In this document: positions 1 to 10,756 of the stretch, in pieces
Layout of the letters: every line of letters starts with the position of its first letter
How positions within the stretch are numbered: position 1 is the first letter of the stretch
Origin: Macrostomum hystrix
Taxonomy: Eukaryota; Animalia; Platyhelminthes
Assembly: GCA_950097015.1 (NCBI GenBank)
Contig: CATNEN010000001.1
Coordinates: 17,794,001 to 17,858,000 of the forward strand
Length of the DNA: 64,000 bases
Direction: 5' to 3'
The notes under the pieces: model-generated
What the model was told of the DNA's origin: nothing
What the model saw: the letters and a program-made list of their open reading frames with translations, nothing else
Database searches by the model: none
Translations under genes and position numbers: made by a program

Positions 1-285
1 TGGGGATAGTTTTTTGCTGTATACTGTATTGCCGAATTAGCTCTTCTTCTGCTTCTTTTCTTGCCCCCGATGGGAGTGGACCTGAGAGTTCCTTAGCTAG
101 GTCCGACCTCAGGCCACTGCCCAGGGGCTCTCCTGGTCTTGTGTTTACCTCATTCTCTACTCTTGTCCAACCTTTCCTCTCGTCTCTCCTATCTTGACTT
201 CTCTTCCTTTTCATTTTCCCTTCCTGTAGATATTCTCACCGTCTTTTTTATACGTGAATAAATGTGTACTGTACAATGTTTTAAT
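1..285. repeat. Direct repeat of 10157-10441 (3' flank of the LOTUS-like ORF)
   Basis: tggggatagttttttgctgtatactg...gtacaatgttttaat reads identically at 1 and at 10157. Confidence 0.95.
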
Positions 286-321
286 TTCTTGTAACATGTT
301 TTACGGCTTTGCGCTTTGCTG

Positions 322-534
322 CCCGGTGGGACAACCGCGCCCAACCCGCGCCCTCCAACCAGCGCCCCGCTGTACGCCCCACTATACGCCCACCCACCGG
401 TCACTGGTGGGAGGGCGTATAGTTTGGCCAGGCGGCGCACTGGTGGCCCACCAGTGTGGGGCGCGGGTTGGGGTGGGGGGTCGACGGGAGGTAAATAAAA
501 TTCGGGGCATATCCTCAAAGTCTACTGTTAGTAG
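322..534 (+). repeat. Left terminal inverted repeat with GC-rich hairpins
   Basis: Hairpin actatacgcccacccacc...ggtgggagggcgtatagt and G-run cluster at 457-480; inverse of 9460-9647. Confidence 0.85.
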
Positions 535-544
535 AAATGTTAGT

Positions 545-975
545 TTGAAATCATGAAGCCAACTCAGTCGTGTAGGAAATCATTTCTAGATTGATTTTCA
601 ATTGAATCCGACTCGATAAACTGTGCTCAAATCTATTGGGACACCGACGACAGCCATATAGTACTGACATGACTTTCCAGGTTAATAAGTTCGAGTGGAA
701 ATCATTTGAAATCATGAAACCAACTCAGTCGTGTAGGAAATCATTTCTAGATAGATTTTCAATTGAATCCGACTCGATAAACTGTGCTCAAATCTATTGG
801 GACACCGACGACAGCCATATAGTACTGACATAGTCAGAGTCAAGATAATATTTTCTAGGTGACTTTCCAGGTTAATAAGTTCGAGTGGAAATCATTTGAA
901 ATCATGAAACCAACTCAGTCGTGTAGGAAATCATTTCTAGATAGATTTTCAATTGAATCCGACCCGATAAAGTTT
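545..975. repeat. ~190-bp tandem repeat (about 2.3 copies)
   Basis: gactttccaggttaataagttcgagtggaaatc recurs at 671 and 861; same unit at 56958-57543. Confidence 0.9.
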
Positions 976-1011
976 GGCATGCTTATAGTCACTCTTTAAC
1001 TGAGCATATAT

Positions 1012-1113
1012 ACCGATAAGCTTCTAAGTCTAAGCTTCCGATATGGGCGGCACCGGCCGCCTCCTCGCTGCGTCCGTCATGGAGGCTCCCTGCCGCTAAG
1101 TCAAGTAAGTCAA
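1012..1113 (+). mobile_element. Short retroposed insertion (5'-truncated LINE/RTE-like tail) with 10-bp TSD
   Basis: gagcatatat flanks it at 1002-1011 and 1114-1123; it ends in aagtc-type repeats; the equivalent site in copy B (~57758) is empty. Confidence 0.6.
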
Positions 1114-1287
1114 GAGCATATATTGATTTAATTATTTATTTATTTAATGATTTGTATTAGTAAATTAAAAAATTTAAGCAATGAAATGAACCAAGTCTTG
1201 ATACAACACTGATACAACACAACAACAATGATACAACATTGATACGATACAACGATACAATGATACAACAATATATAAACATTTAAA

Positions 1288-2242
1288 GCTCAGTTTAATG
1301 ACAATTATCCCAGATCCTCAGTTTGGTGACAACCCCAGATCCTCAGTTTCGTGACAATCCCAGATCCTCAGTTTAATGACAATTATCCCAGATCCTCAGT
1401 TTGGTGACAATCCCAGATCCTCAGTTTGGTGACAACCCCAGATTCTCAGTTTCGTGACAACCCCAGATCCTCAGTTTCGTGACAATCCTAGATCCTCAGT
1501 TTAATGACAATTATCCCAGATCCTCAGTTTGGTGACAATCCCAGATCCTCAGTTTAATGAAATGAACTAAGCCTTGATACAACACAACAACAATGATACA
1601 ACATTGATACGATACAATGATATATAATTGTATCGACAACAATATATAAAAATTTAAAGCTCAGTTTAATGACAATTATCCCAGATCCTCAGTTTGGTGA
1701 CAATCCCAGAACCTCAGTTTGGTGACAATCCCAGATCCTCAGTTTAATGACAATTATCCCAGATGCTCAGTTTGGTGACAATCCCAGATCCTCAGTTTGG
1801 TGACAACCCCAGATTCTCAGTTTCGTGACAACCCCAGATCCTCAGTTTCGTGACAATCCCAGATCCTCAGTTTAATGACAATTATCCCAGATCCTCAGTT
1901 TGGTGACAACCCCAGATCCTCAGTTTCGTGACAATCCCAGATCCTCAGTTTAGTGACAATCCCAGATCCTCATTTTAATGACAATTATCCCAGATCCTCA
2001 GTTTGGTGACAATCCCAGATCCTCAGTTTGGTGACAACCCCAGATTCTCAGTTTCGTGACAACCCCAGATCCTCAGTTTCGTGACAATCCTAGATCCTCA
2101 GTTTAATGACAATTATCCCAGATCCTCAGTTTGGTGATAATCCCAGATCCTCAGTTTGGTGACAATCCCAGATTCTCAGTTTCGTGACAATCCCAGATCC
2201 TCAGTTTCGTGACAATCCCAGATCCTCAGTTTGGGGACAATC
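1288..2242. repeat. 22/25-bp minisatellite (gatcctcagtttggtgacaatccca)
   Basis: Dozens of tandem units, interrupted by a gatacaaca-rich block. Confidence 0.95.
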
Positions 2243-2333
2243 AGTCCATGACAACTAAATAAAAAAACGACGAAACTAATTCACTAAGTTGACTTATGCT
2301 GGAATGCCGGATGCTGTTGCCAGGGGCCGGTTA

Positions 2334-2699
2334 TCAAGGACGCCACACAGGCTGGGCTCCCTCCTGGTCCATCGACTGGCTAGATTCTTCGTCAGTAGAC
2401 AAAGCCGACACCATTGATGAGGCCGAAGACTTGCAGCAGAAGCTCATGGCCGTAGATTGAGTCTTGGCTGAGCCATTCAGCAGCAGCTCCACAGTCAGCT
2501 CCAGGATGTCGGCCTTCTCTAGGCGCTTAATCCGGTACGGTTTTATCACCTTGTTGGCCTGCAGCAGCTCTTTGAGTCTGTCCAAGCTGGCATTAATTCT
2601 GGCTCTGCGCTGCTGCTCCATCACCTGCTTGCTGATTCTCCTATGCTCCATCAACTCTACTGGGCGCGTGGTTCGTGTTTTTTTAATTCGGAGCTCCAT
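2334..2699 (-). CDS. hes: Hairy/Enhancer-of-split (HES) bHLH protein, intronless, no Orange domain; C-terminal WRPW truncated to WRP by TGG>TGA
   Basis: bHLH ME..RRARINASLDRLKELL...RLEKADILELTV; ends PVWRP*. The paralog at 61692 ends WRPW. TATAAAA lies ~35 bp upstream on the minus strand. Confidence 0.9.
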   Translation of the reverse strand: MELRIKKTRTTRPVELMEHRRISKQVMEQQRRARINASLDRLKELLQANKVIKPYRIKRLEKADILELTVELLLNGSAKTQSTAMSFCCKSSASSMVSALSTDEESSQSMDQEGAQPVWRP

Positions 2700-3794
2700 C
2701 GAAATTTCGAAATCGACCGGCCGAGTTTATAATTTTATAAGTACCCCCTGCACCGCCAACCCCCTGTTTCCTTTCCTCTATTCCCCGCTATAAGTCTCTT
2801 ATAGCAGCTCAAGTTCTGTGTTTATCTATATTAGCAAATTTTGAAATGTCAACTAGGGATAAAAAGAGGGCCTCAGTTTAATCAATATTCATAAAGGCAT
2901 TCAGAACAAGATAGTTTATTCACAGTTAGTCAATCATGTCTTTTTGGTTGGCACTCAACAGGCTGTTGTTGATTGTTGGTCATTCAGCTTCATCACCAGA
3001 CTAGGATTCTTGGGACTCCTTGTCCTGTTAGATAGGCTCTCCTTGTCCTGTTAGGTGTGAGAGGTGAGACAGTTGGTTTGCTGTTTGTATTTAGATCTAT
3101 AGCTAGGCAAGAAGGGGCAGAAGGCTGATAAGAGCTTATACAGGATTGTTAGCTATATTAGGTTAAATAGGACCACAATTGAGGTAATTATACAGGGCTG
3201 GTATGAACTGTGTATGGGGCTTGAGCATAAATGTACAAGATCTGATAGCTCAAGTGTACACTCTAGTACATCAGATAACTCAGTAAAGATAGCTAGCAAT
3301 ACCACAATTCTAGCTAGTGTTATAAAGACCTGGGGAAAATAGTGTTCATAAATAAATAGTCATTAGCTAGAGGAATTTCATAAACAGCAGTTTCAAGGCA
3401 AACTACTGCTCATGCAGTATCAAAACCAATAGCTCAAGGCAAACTGCTGTGCGTGCATTATCAAAACTGAGAGCTCAAGCAACCAGCAAAAAATTTGTCT
3501 GTTGGGTATCTTGGGCTGGGTTGGGCTAACACTAAAAATGATTATGTACTCAAGCACTTACCATAGCCTTTAATCATATGTGATTAGTTCTCATATGCCC
3601 TTAGCTATGCTATGAGAGTGAAGACAGCCAGATGCCACAATTCCAGCTAGTGAGCCAGTGTGATAAAGACCTGGTAAAATAAAGTTGATAAATAAATAGT
3701 CATTATTAGGAAATTTCATAGCAAAGTTATATAACTGTACCAGACCAAATAACTCTAGTGTACACTAGGATCACTTATATTGCTTATAGAAACA

Positions 3795-3940
3795 AGAAGA
3801 GAAGAGGAGAAAAAAGGACAGGAGAGAAGAGGAGAGGAAAGAAGAGAGGAAAGAAGAGCAGAGGAAAGGAGGGGAGAGGGGGAGAGGAGGGGGGAGAGGA
3901 GAGGAGAAGAGGAGGGGGGAGAGGAGAAGAGAAGAGGAGA
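3795..3940. repeat. Polypurine (GA-rich) low-complexity tract
   Basis: Almost pure G/A; related tracts at 24325-24550 and 24845-25080. Confidence 0.9.
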
Positions 3941-4943
3941 GAATTTCATAAACAGCAGTTTCAATGCAAACTAACTGCTCATGCAGTATCAAAACCAATA
4001 GCTCAAGGCAAACTACTGTGCATGCATTATCAAAACTAAGAGCTCAAGCAACCAGCAATTGTGTGTTGGTATCTTGGGCTGGGTTGGGCTAACACTAAAA
4101 ATGATTATGTACTCAAGCACTTACCATAGCCTTTGATCCTATGTGATTAGTTCTCATATGCCCTTAGCTATATCATGAGAGTGAAGACAACCAGATGCCA
4201 CAATTCCAGCTAGTGAGCCAGTGTGATAAAGACCTGGTAAAATAAAGTTGATAAATAAATAGTCATTATAAGGAAATTTCAGAGCAAAGTTATATAACTC
4301 TAGTGTACATTGGGATCAATTGTTATTGCTTTGCAGGAGCTAACCAACAATTTTGGGTTGGGTACCTAGCAAACACTTTATACAAGAAATGATTAGCCAA
4401 GCCTTACCAGTTCTCAGATGCCAGCCTGAAGATAGCAAGCAAAGCCACCATTCCAGCTTGTGTGATAAGGACCTGTTAAGATGTACTATCCCTCACTGCA
4501 GCTTGCTAAGTTTTTACCATCCTTTTAACAGCTTTCACTTTCTTGAATCCATAATTCCTTTCAGGCTCTTCAATTATTTGTAGCCACATTTCACTTTTCT
4601 TTTAAGCTTTTAGCTGAAATGGCTCTGACATCATCCATGAGCAATGAGCTGCAGCTCAGGAGCATTGAGCTAAAAGCTAGGTTTCTCTAGCTAGTGAAAC
4701 CAAGCTATACACTTTTACCATCCTTTTAACTACCTTAAATCCATTTGAACATTTTAAAGACCCTTTGATACACTTATTTTACTCTTATTCACTTCTACTT
4801 TTGCTTTACCTTTACTTTTACTTATTTACTTTTCAATTTTCAGAGAATTCGGATCGAGATTCTACTTCTTATAGAGATAGTTACTTCAATAATTACTTCT
4901 ATAGTTACTTCTACTCTCTTCTATATCTCTATAAGAGATAGTT

Positions 4944-5286
4944 ATGGATAATAATAAGCAGCAGCAGCAGTTCGGCTAAGAGTGCCGGGACTCGGTCACC
5001 GCTCCTCTCCAGGGGGCGGTGGTTGGGGCTCCACCTGGCGGCGGCCTCGTGGGTCCTTCTTCCTCTGGGAGGCTGGGCCTCGCGGGGTGGCTGCTGGCTG
5101 CTGCTCCCAGTCCGTACCCAACAACAACAGCAGCAGCTGCAGACGAGCAGCCCATGGAAGCTGCTGCCCACCACGGTGGCAGGCAGAAGCTCTGCAGTCC
5201 AGTGGTGGAAGGAGAAGGGAGGGGCCGGGGCGGCCACCAATTTCACGCCGCCTAGGCCCCGGTGCCCTCCCTCACAGAAGAAATAA
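4944..5286 (+). pseudogene. Small Q-rich orphan protein family, copy 1 (frameshifted 5' part)
   Basis: ATG at 4944 gives MDNNKQQQQ; the C-terminal SPWKLLPTTV...VQWWKEKGGAGAATNFTPPRPRCPPSQKK is in another frame. Homologous to 21394-21723 and 25768-25968. Confidence 0.6.
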
Positions 5287-7434
5287 ATAAGGTTTGTCTA
5301 AGCTACCTATATGTGATACCTTTATTCCTTAATTCTTAATCCTTAATCGTTAATTCTTTAAATAAGCGCTATCGTAGTAAAATTATACCCGTTTGCAGGT
5401 GTAAGTTTTCATTGACTGTGGTAAAACAATATTTACTTTTAGCCATTATAGCACAATTTATCAAAATGCGATTGTCACACTACAATGCTAATGCAATATT
5501 ACAACGTCGCAAAATGTACTCACATTCAATATGATTGTAGCCATAATGTCATATGTCGTGTCGTGTCGTGTTCATGTTTAACCAGAAAATTGCATGAGCC
5601 ATCCTGCAAGCCCTATAGCAAGTTTATCTGCAAATTTAAAGAAGCAGATAGCAACTGCGTACGAAGATAACCCCTCACTCCACCTTCATGCTGTCCAATA
5701 ACGAGCTGCTAACACACCTCGAAACCTCCCGCTTCGTCATTTCAGACGCATTTCAAATGAAAGGATCGACTCCTTTCATCCTTTCATAAAGGATTATATT
5801 AGGAATATTTTGGAATATATCTTTGCTTGTTGTCTTCCTTTATTTCACTCATATTTATTTATTAGCTTGATGCACAGCCTAAATGTTTAGCTTCTTAGCT
5901 TTAGCTTAGCATGATAACCAACATATTTATCGAGCACTCCTTGCTTCGTGTTCCTGCACTTGCTCACTTGCTTTGCTTGCCTGCTTTGCTACAATTCGTA
6001 GCAAAAGTACATTTTTTCATTTCTACTAACATTTATACTAAGCTGCTACTAACATTTACACTCCGACCCTTAAGCTGGCTAACACTTAAAAGATTCGCAT
6101 GCTTACCATCTGACCTCTGTGTCCCTGTAGCTAAGAGTTTGCTACAATTCGTAGCAAAAGTTCATTTTTCATTTCTACTAACATTTATACTAAGCTGCTA
6201 CTAACATTTACACTCCGACCCTTAAGCTAGCTCACTTAAAAGATTCGCATGCTTCCCATCTGATTACAGGCAATCGTTATAGACAAATGATAAATATGTA
6301 AATTGGGTCTGAAACATTCCATATTTTTTCCAGACGTTCTCCATGAACACCTGACGCCTGGTACACGGTCAGGCGTGTCAAGAAACGGAAGCTGCGGATG
6401 ACATTGATATTAGTGTATATTCTAATTCAGTCAGCTACTCAGCGTCGAGTAGCAGTTGGCCCAGCATCCCGGCGAGCTGTATCTGGCCGAGTTTAGCAGG
6501 TTAGATAACGACAGCGACCTTCACGTACTCCATGTCACGTCAATGGAGTTCCACGGCTGCGCTCGCAACAAGGTTGAATAATCTTTTTGTTTTGTTTGTT
6601 GTAGTTTATGAAATAGTGTGCAGCAACAATTAGTTTATTTATAGCATTTATAAGTAGCATTTATATAGCATTTATAAGTACTTGTAGTTATCTCATACTT
6701 TTATAGGAAACAGTCTGTCTTAATTACATGTCTTCAAAATCAAGGTTTAATTACAGATGATAAGTCATGCATGGGCAATATGAGAAAACACGAGAAAACA
6801 GAACAAAAGATATCCGTAAGAAAAAAATAGTTTTCATGAGTGAAGTTACGCAACTGAGAATCGGACAATCCGTACTTTAATTCTGAGTCATTGTCTGGAT
6901 CATGTGATTTCTAGGGTATTGTTGGGTAATGTGCATCCCCGCTTCACTCGTGAAATGAATTCTGTTCTAGAATTCCTATCTGTGGTTTTAGATGTCATGT
7001 TCAGACTAGATTCCCCCAAATGTGCCTTGTCTAAAAACAAACCTCATAAGCAAACAAGGTAGATTATTTTCTTCGAGAACCCCTCAACAATTAGCTAGTT
7101 CTCAAAAAAACTCCTCGCAACGAGCGTGTGAATTAAAAAATGACTGTCAACACAGGTGTATTTATTCTAGCACAGGTAGTGTTACACTTAAAATAAAAAA
7201 GCAAGAAAAACAAAACCCAATTCATTTTTAATACTGCAGTACACCGCTAGCTGGACATTTCAGATCTCATACTTGTTTACATGAGTGAAGTAGCGCAACT
7301 GACAATCAGACAATCCGTGATGTAATTCTGAGTCATCGTCTATTTGTCTGGATCGTGTGATTTCTAGGGCAACGTAGGGATTTCTGAGGTAATTAAATTA
7401 TGGGATTTCTGATTTGGGTGTCATTTTGTCTAAG

Positions 7435-8160
7435 TCATTTTTCTAAAAAAAGTTTTACTTTCTCGTGGTCGAAGTGAAATTTGTAAAAGTGCTTGTCTCT
7501 TGGGTGGGTCTTGGTGATAAGCTTGTCCTCGTAGTAATGCCTCAGCGCTCGCTTCATCGTTTCAAAGCTCATGTCCCGCCGCTTGTGACTGCTCCAGGCC
7601 TCTGCTAGGCCGGTTGGGTTTACAATTTGGAAAATGCCCTCCAGCTTGTTCTCCCAGCGCAAGCATGGTGGCGACAGGTCAGCGACAGACGGAGTTTCGA
7701 GTAAGTGGTACAGAAACTCCCACAGCCAACAATTCCTGTCTGAGATTGGGCAATGTTAAGTTTTAATAGCTAATTGTTGGTAAATACTATAGATTCCCAA
7801 ATCCCAAATTTTGCAGCTCAAAAACACTAACCGATACCAGCACGCTTCTTCCTTGTTCTTTTTATGACGCCTGGTGGCTGCACATGCGTTGGGAGATGCG
7901 AAGGAACCAACCAAAGGAAGCTATCAATCGGAGGCAGCTGCTGCTGATGCTGTTGCTGTCCGATGGACCTGATGGTATGCTGCTCATTTTTGCCTGCAAA
8001 GCACTCCGATGCGCTCATGGCCCCCGTGGCATCTTCGTCGGCAACCGGCTTATAGAGATCGAAGAGGGCAGCGCTGTCGTAAGATTGGAGGTCACCGAAT
8101 TCACGGCGCATCACGGTGAAGTCCAAGGCGTCTAGACCGCTCAGGTCATCGACGGGCTGG
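7435..8160 (-). CDS. ETS-domain transcription factor, copy 1 (exons ~8160-7832 and 7739-7435; start uncertain)
   Basis: GTTAGT donor and ctcag acceptor join in frame to DRNCWLWEFLYHLLE...CLRWENKLEGIFQI...LAEAWSSHKRRDMSFETMKRALRHYY...FYKF, the canonical ETS signature. Confidence 0.85.
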
Positions 8161-9029
8161 TAAGAATTAAATGAGTTTGCGATTAGCTTGTCTCCCGTGA
8201 ACAATCAATCTAGACAGCGTGTCCCATAGCTAGACAATCTAGCCAGTCTCCGCAATAAAGTGTTGCTATAGTAACTGTCTCCCATAGAACTACCAGTCTC
8301 TGTCTTGAATCATAGATTTACCTTTAGGGATTCAGTTGTATTTCGGCTATCAAACTTCATGGTCCCAGTGTCTGGCACAGCCTCAAAGAGGAAGCAGTTA
8401 ATATTACTCTTGGCCGCTTCCGCTTTGTTGCTTATAGTTGTTGGAAAAATATTGTGGGTGCATGTATCCGCTTTAGACAGCTAGCCAAGTTACAATGTAA
8501 GCTATCTATATGCTACCCTAAAGAAACGCTTTGTTTGCCACCTCACCTAAAGCCACCTCACCCATCTCACTCAACCTCACTCTATCTCACCCAATCTCAC
8601 TTAATCTCACTCAATCTAACCCAATCTCACCCTTTCTCTCCCATAACAATCCAATGTCCCTCAATCTCACTAAATCTCATGCAGTCTAACCCAATATCAC
8701 CCAATTCTCCCTATTCATCCCCTTAACAATTAATCAATTATTCAAACGAAGAATAAAATGAATCGAATTAAACTATGTCCAACCCAGCAACCAATTAGAA
8801 GGAGGACCATAGAGCACTCACTTTAAATCGAATTCTCATTGGTTGCCGCTCAATTTATGCCGCTCGATTTATGCCGCCCATTTAAATATGCAATTCGTAT
8901 CGCATATTCCCCTAATGGATAAAGCTTACAGGATACAGGATACAACCCAATCTCAATGGATACAGCTTGGGATGTGTCCAGTAAATGCTTTTTAGCAGCT
9001 GTATAATTTTCAGCTTTTTTACAGCTACA

Positions 9030-9420
9030 AAGATCCCCCAGTTGACAATGATCTCTCAGTTGACAATGATCCCCCAGTTGACAATGACCCCCCAGTTGAC
9101 AATGACCCCTCAGTTGACAATGATCCCCCAGTTGACAATAATCCCCCAGTTGACCAGGATCCTCCATTTGATGATGACTACCCATTGATGATGATCCCCA
9201 GTTGACAATGATCCCCTATTCGATGATCCCCCAGTTGATGATGATCCCCCACTTGACAATGATCCCCCAGTTGACAATGATCCCCAAGTTGACCATGATC
9301 CCCCAGTTGATGATGATCCCCCAGTTGACCATGATCCCCAAGTTGACCATGATCCCCAGTTGACAATAATCCCCCAGTTGACAATGATCCCCCAGTTGAC
9401 AATTATCCCCCAGTTGAAAA
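9030..9420. repeat. 18-bp minisatellite (gatcccccagttgacaat)
   Basis: About 20 tandem units directly inside the right TIR; shares its core with the 22-bp array. Confidence 0.95.
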
Positions 9421-9438
9421 TGGTCGATTAATTACTGC

Positions 9439-9647
9439 GCTCAAAAAATACAACACAGCCTACTAACAGTAGATTTTGAGGATGTGCCCCGAATTTTATT
9501 TACCCCCCACCCACCCCAAATCGCGCCCCACACTGGTGGGCCACCAGCGCCCCGCTGTACGCCCCACTATACGCCCACCCACCGGTGCCCGGTGGGAAGG
9601 CGCATAGTGGGGCGTACAGAGGGGCGTATAGTAAATGTCCCACCGGG
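9439..9647 (-). repeat. Right terminal inverted repeat with long hairpin
   Basis: Inverse of 322-534 and 56723-56954; contains a ~38-bp-stem hairpin cgccccgctgtacgccccactatacgcccacccaccgg / ccggtgggaaggcgcatagtggggcgtacagaggggcg. Confidence 0.85.
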
Positions 9648-9681
9648 TGTCTGCATACTCCTTTAATGTAGCCGTCCTATA

Positions 9682-10038
9682 ATGGATATTCGCGACGTCG
9701 TCCAGCGAGCCATCTCGCAGATTATCGACTCTGTTGGCGGCGTCGTCGAACTGCTCCGATTCTGTACGGCTCTCCGAGCTGTCGGTATCTCACGGGGCGA
9801 GGTGCTGGTAGCCGGCTACCCGTCCTTCATCGCTGCCATCCAGTCGACGCCTGGCATCAGCGTCGTACGCATGGAAGACGACCGCGTCTTTGTGCTCCGA
9901 GGCCCGACAACACGTGAGCGAGTGCGTGAGTTATTGGCTGCGCCAATAAACATTGCGGACTTTTGGCTGCGCACATGGGCTGAGCGGGTCGATCGGGAAG
10001 GTGGTGGTGGTGCTAGGCCGGACCAAGGTCGGAATTAA
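9682..10038 (+). CDS. Stand-alone LOTUS/OST-HTH-like protein (118 aa)
   Basis: VQRAISQIIDSVGGVVELLRF...LVAGYPSFIAAIQSTPGISVV follows the OST-HTH pattern (helix, GxVxLxxL, GYxSFxxxLxSxP, beta strand). Clean ATG-TAA intronless ORF. Confidence 0.6.
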   Translation: MDIRDVVQRAISQIIDSVGGVVELLRFCTALRAVGISRGEVLVAGYPSFIAAIQSTPGISVVRMEDDRVFVLRGPTTRERVRELLAAPINIADFWLRTWAERVDREGGGGARPDQGRN

Positions 10039-10756
10039 TTCGACAAATGGCAACCTAGAATTGGGGATAAATTAGGAACAGGGGTTTCAGGGAGATTAAC
10101 TGACTTGGAGATGGATGGGAGCAAAATGGGGATACATTTTTAACATGGGATTGAATTGGGGATAGTTTTTTGCTGTATACTGTATTGCCGAATTAGCTCT
10201 TCTTCTGCTTCTTTTCTTGCCCCCGATGGGAGTGGACCTGAGAGTTCCTTAGCTAGGTCCGACCTCAGGCCACTGCCCAGGGGCTCTCCTGGTCTTGTGT
10301 TTACCTCATTCTCTACTCTTGTCCAACCTTTCCTCTCGTCTCTCCTATCTTGACTTCTCTTCCTTTTCATTTTCCCTTCCTGTAGATATTCTCACCGTCT
10401 TTTTTATACGTGAATAAATGTGTACTGTACAATGTTTTAATGTAATTTAATGTACTTTCATGTAATGAAATATTATTAAATGTAACTTAATGTAATATAA
10501 TTCATTATGTACTTTCTTAAATTGTAACCGCGTATATTTTTTAATGTGAATGTGAAACTAAATAAATAAAATTAATAGTAGTAAATGAAATACATTACAG
10601 TTAAAGAAAACTTAAATATTTGGTAGTGAGTTAGCAGATGTCGCAGCGCCTTTTACTTCGTTTCTTTCCTCAAATAACTAAAATATCAGAGGTTATAGCC
10701 GCGTGCATGACTAAAAGCGTTGCACTATGCGCAACACAGTGCTTAGTGAATTCTCT

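Larger units (their letters stand above)
322..9647. mobile_element. Non-autonomous EnSpm/CACTA-like TIR element carrying HES, small-ORF and ETS cargo (copy A, complete)
   Basis: Perfect 12-bp terminal IR CCCGGTGGGACA (322-333) / TGTCCCACCGGG (9636-9647). A 45-bp inner IR block (490-534 vs 9460-9504) has 2 mismatches. Subterminal TACGCCC motifs occur in both orientations. TG flanks both ends (320-321, 9648-9649). A second copy at 56723 shares the downstream sequence but not the upstream flank. Confidence 0.75.

Noticed and set aside
3755-4039. Glu/Arg-rich and Ser/Leu-rich ORFs (also at 24313-25110)
   Set aside because: Translations of GA/CT low-complexity tracts.
8850-9402. GDHCQL-repeat protein
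   Set aside because: Translation of the 18-bp minisatellite; the frame is broken within the array.
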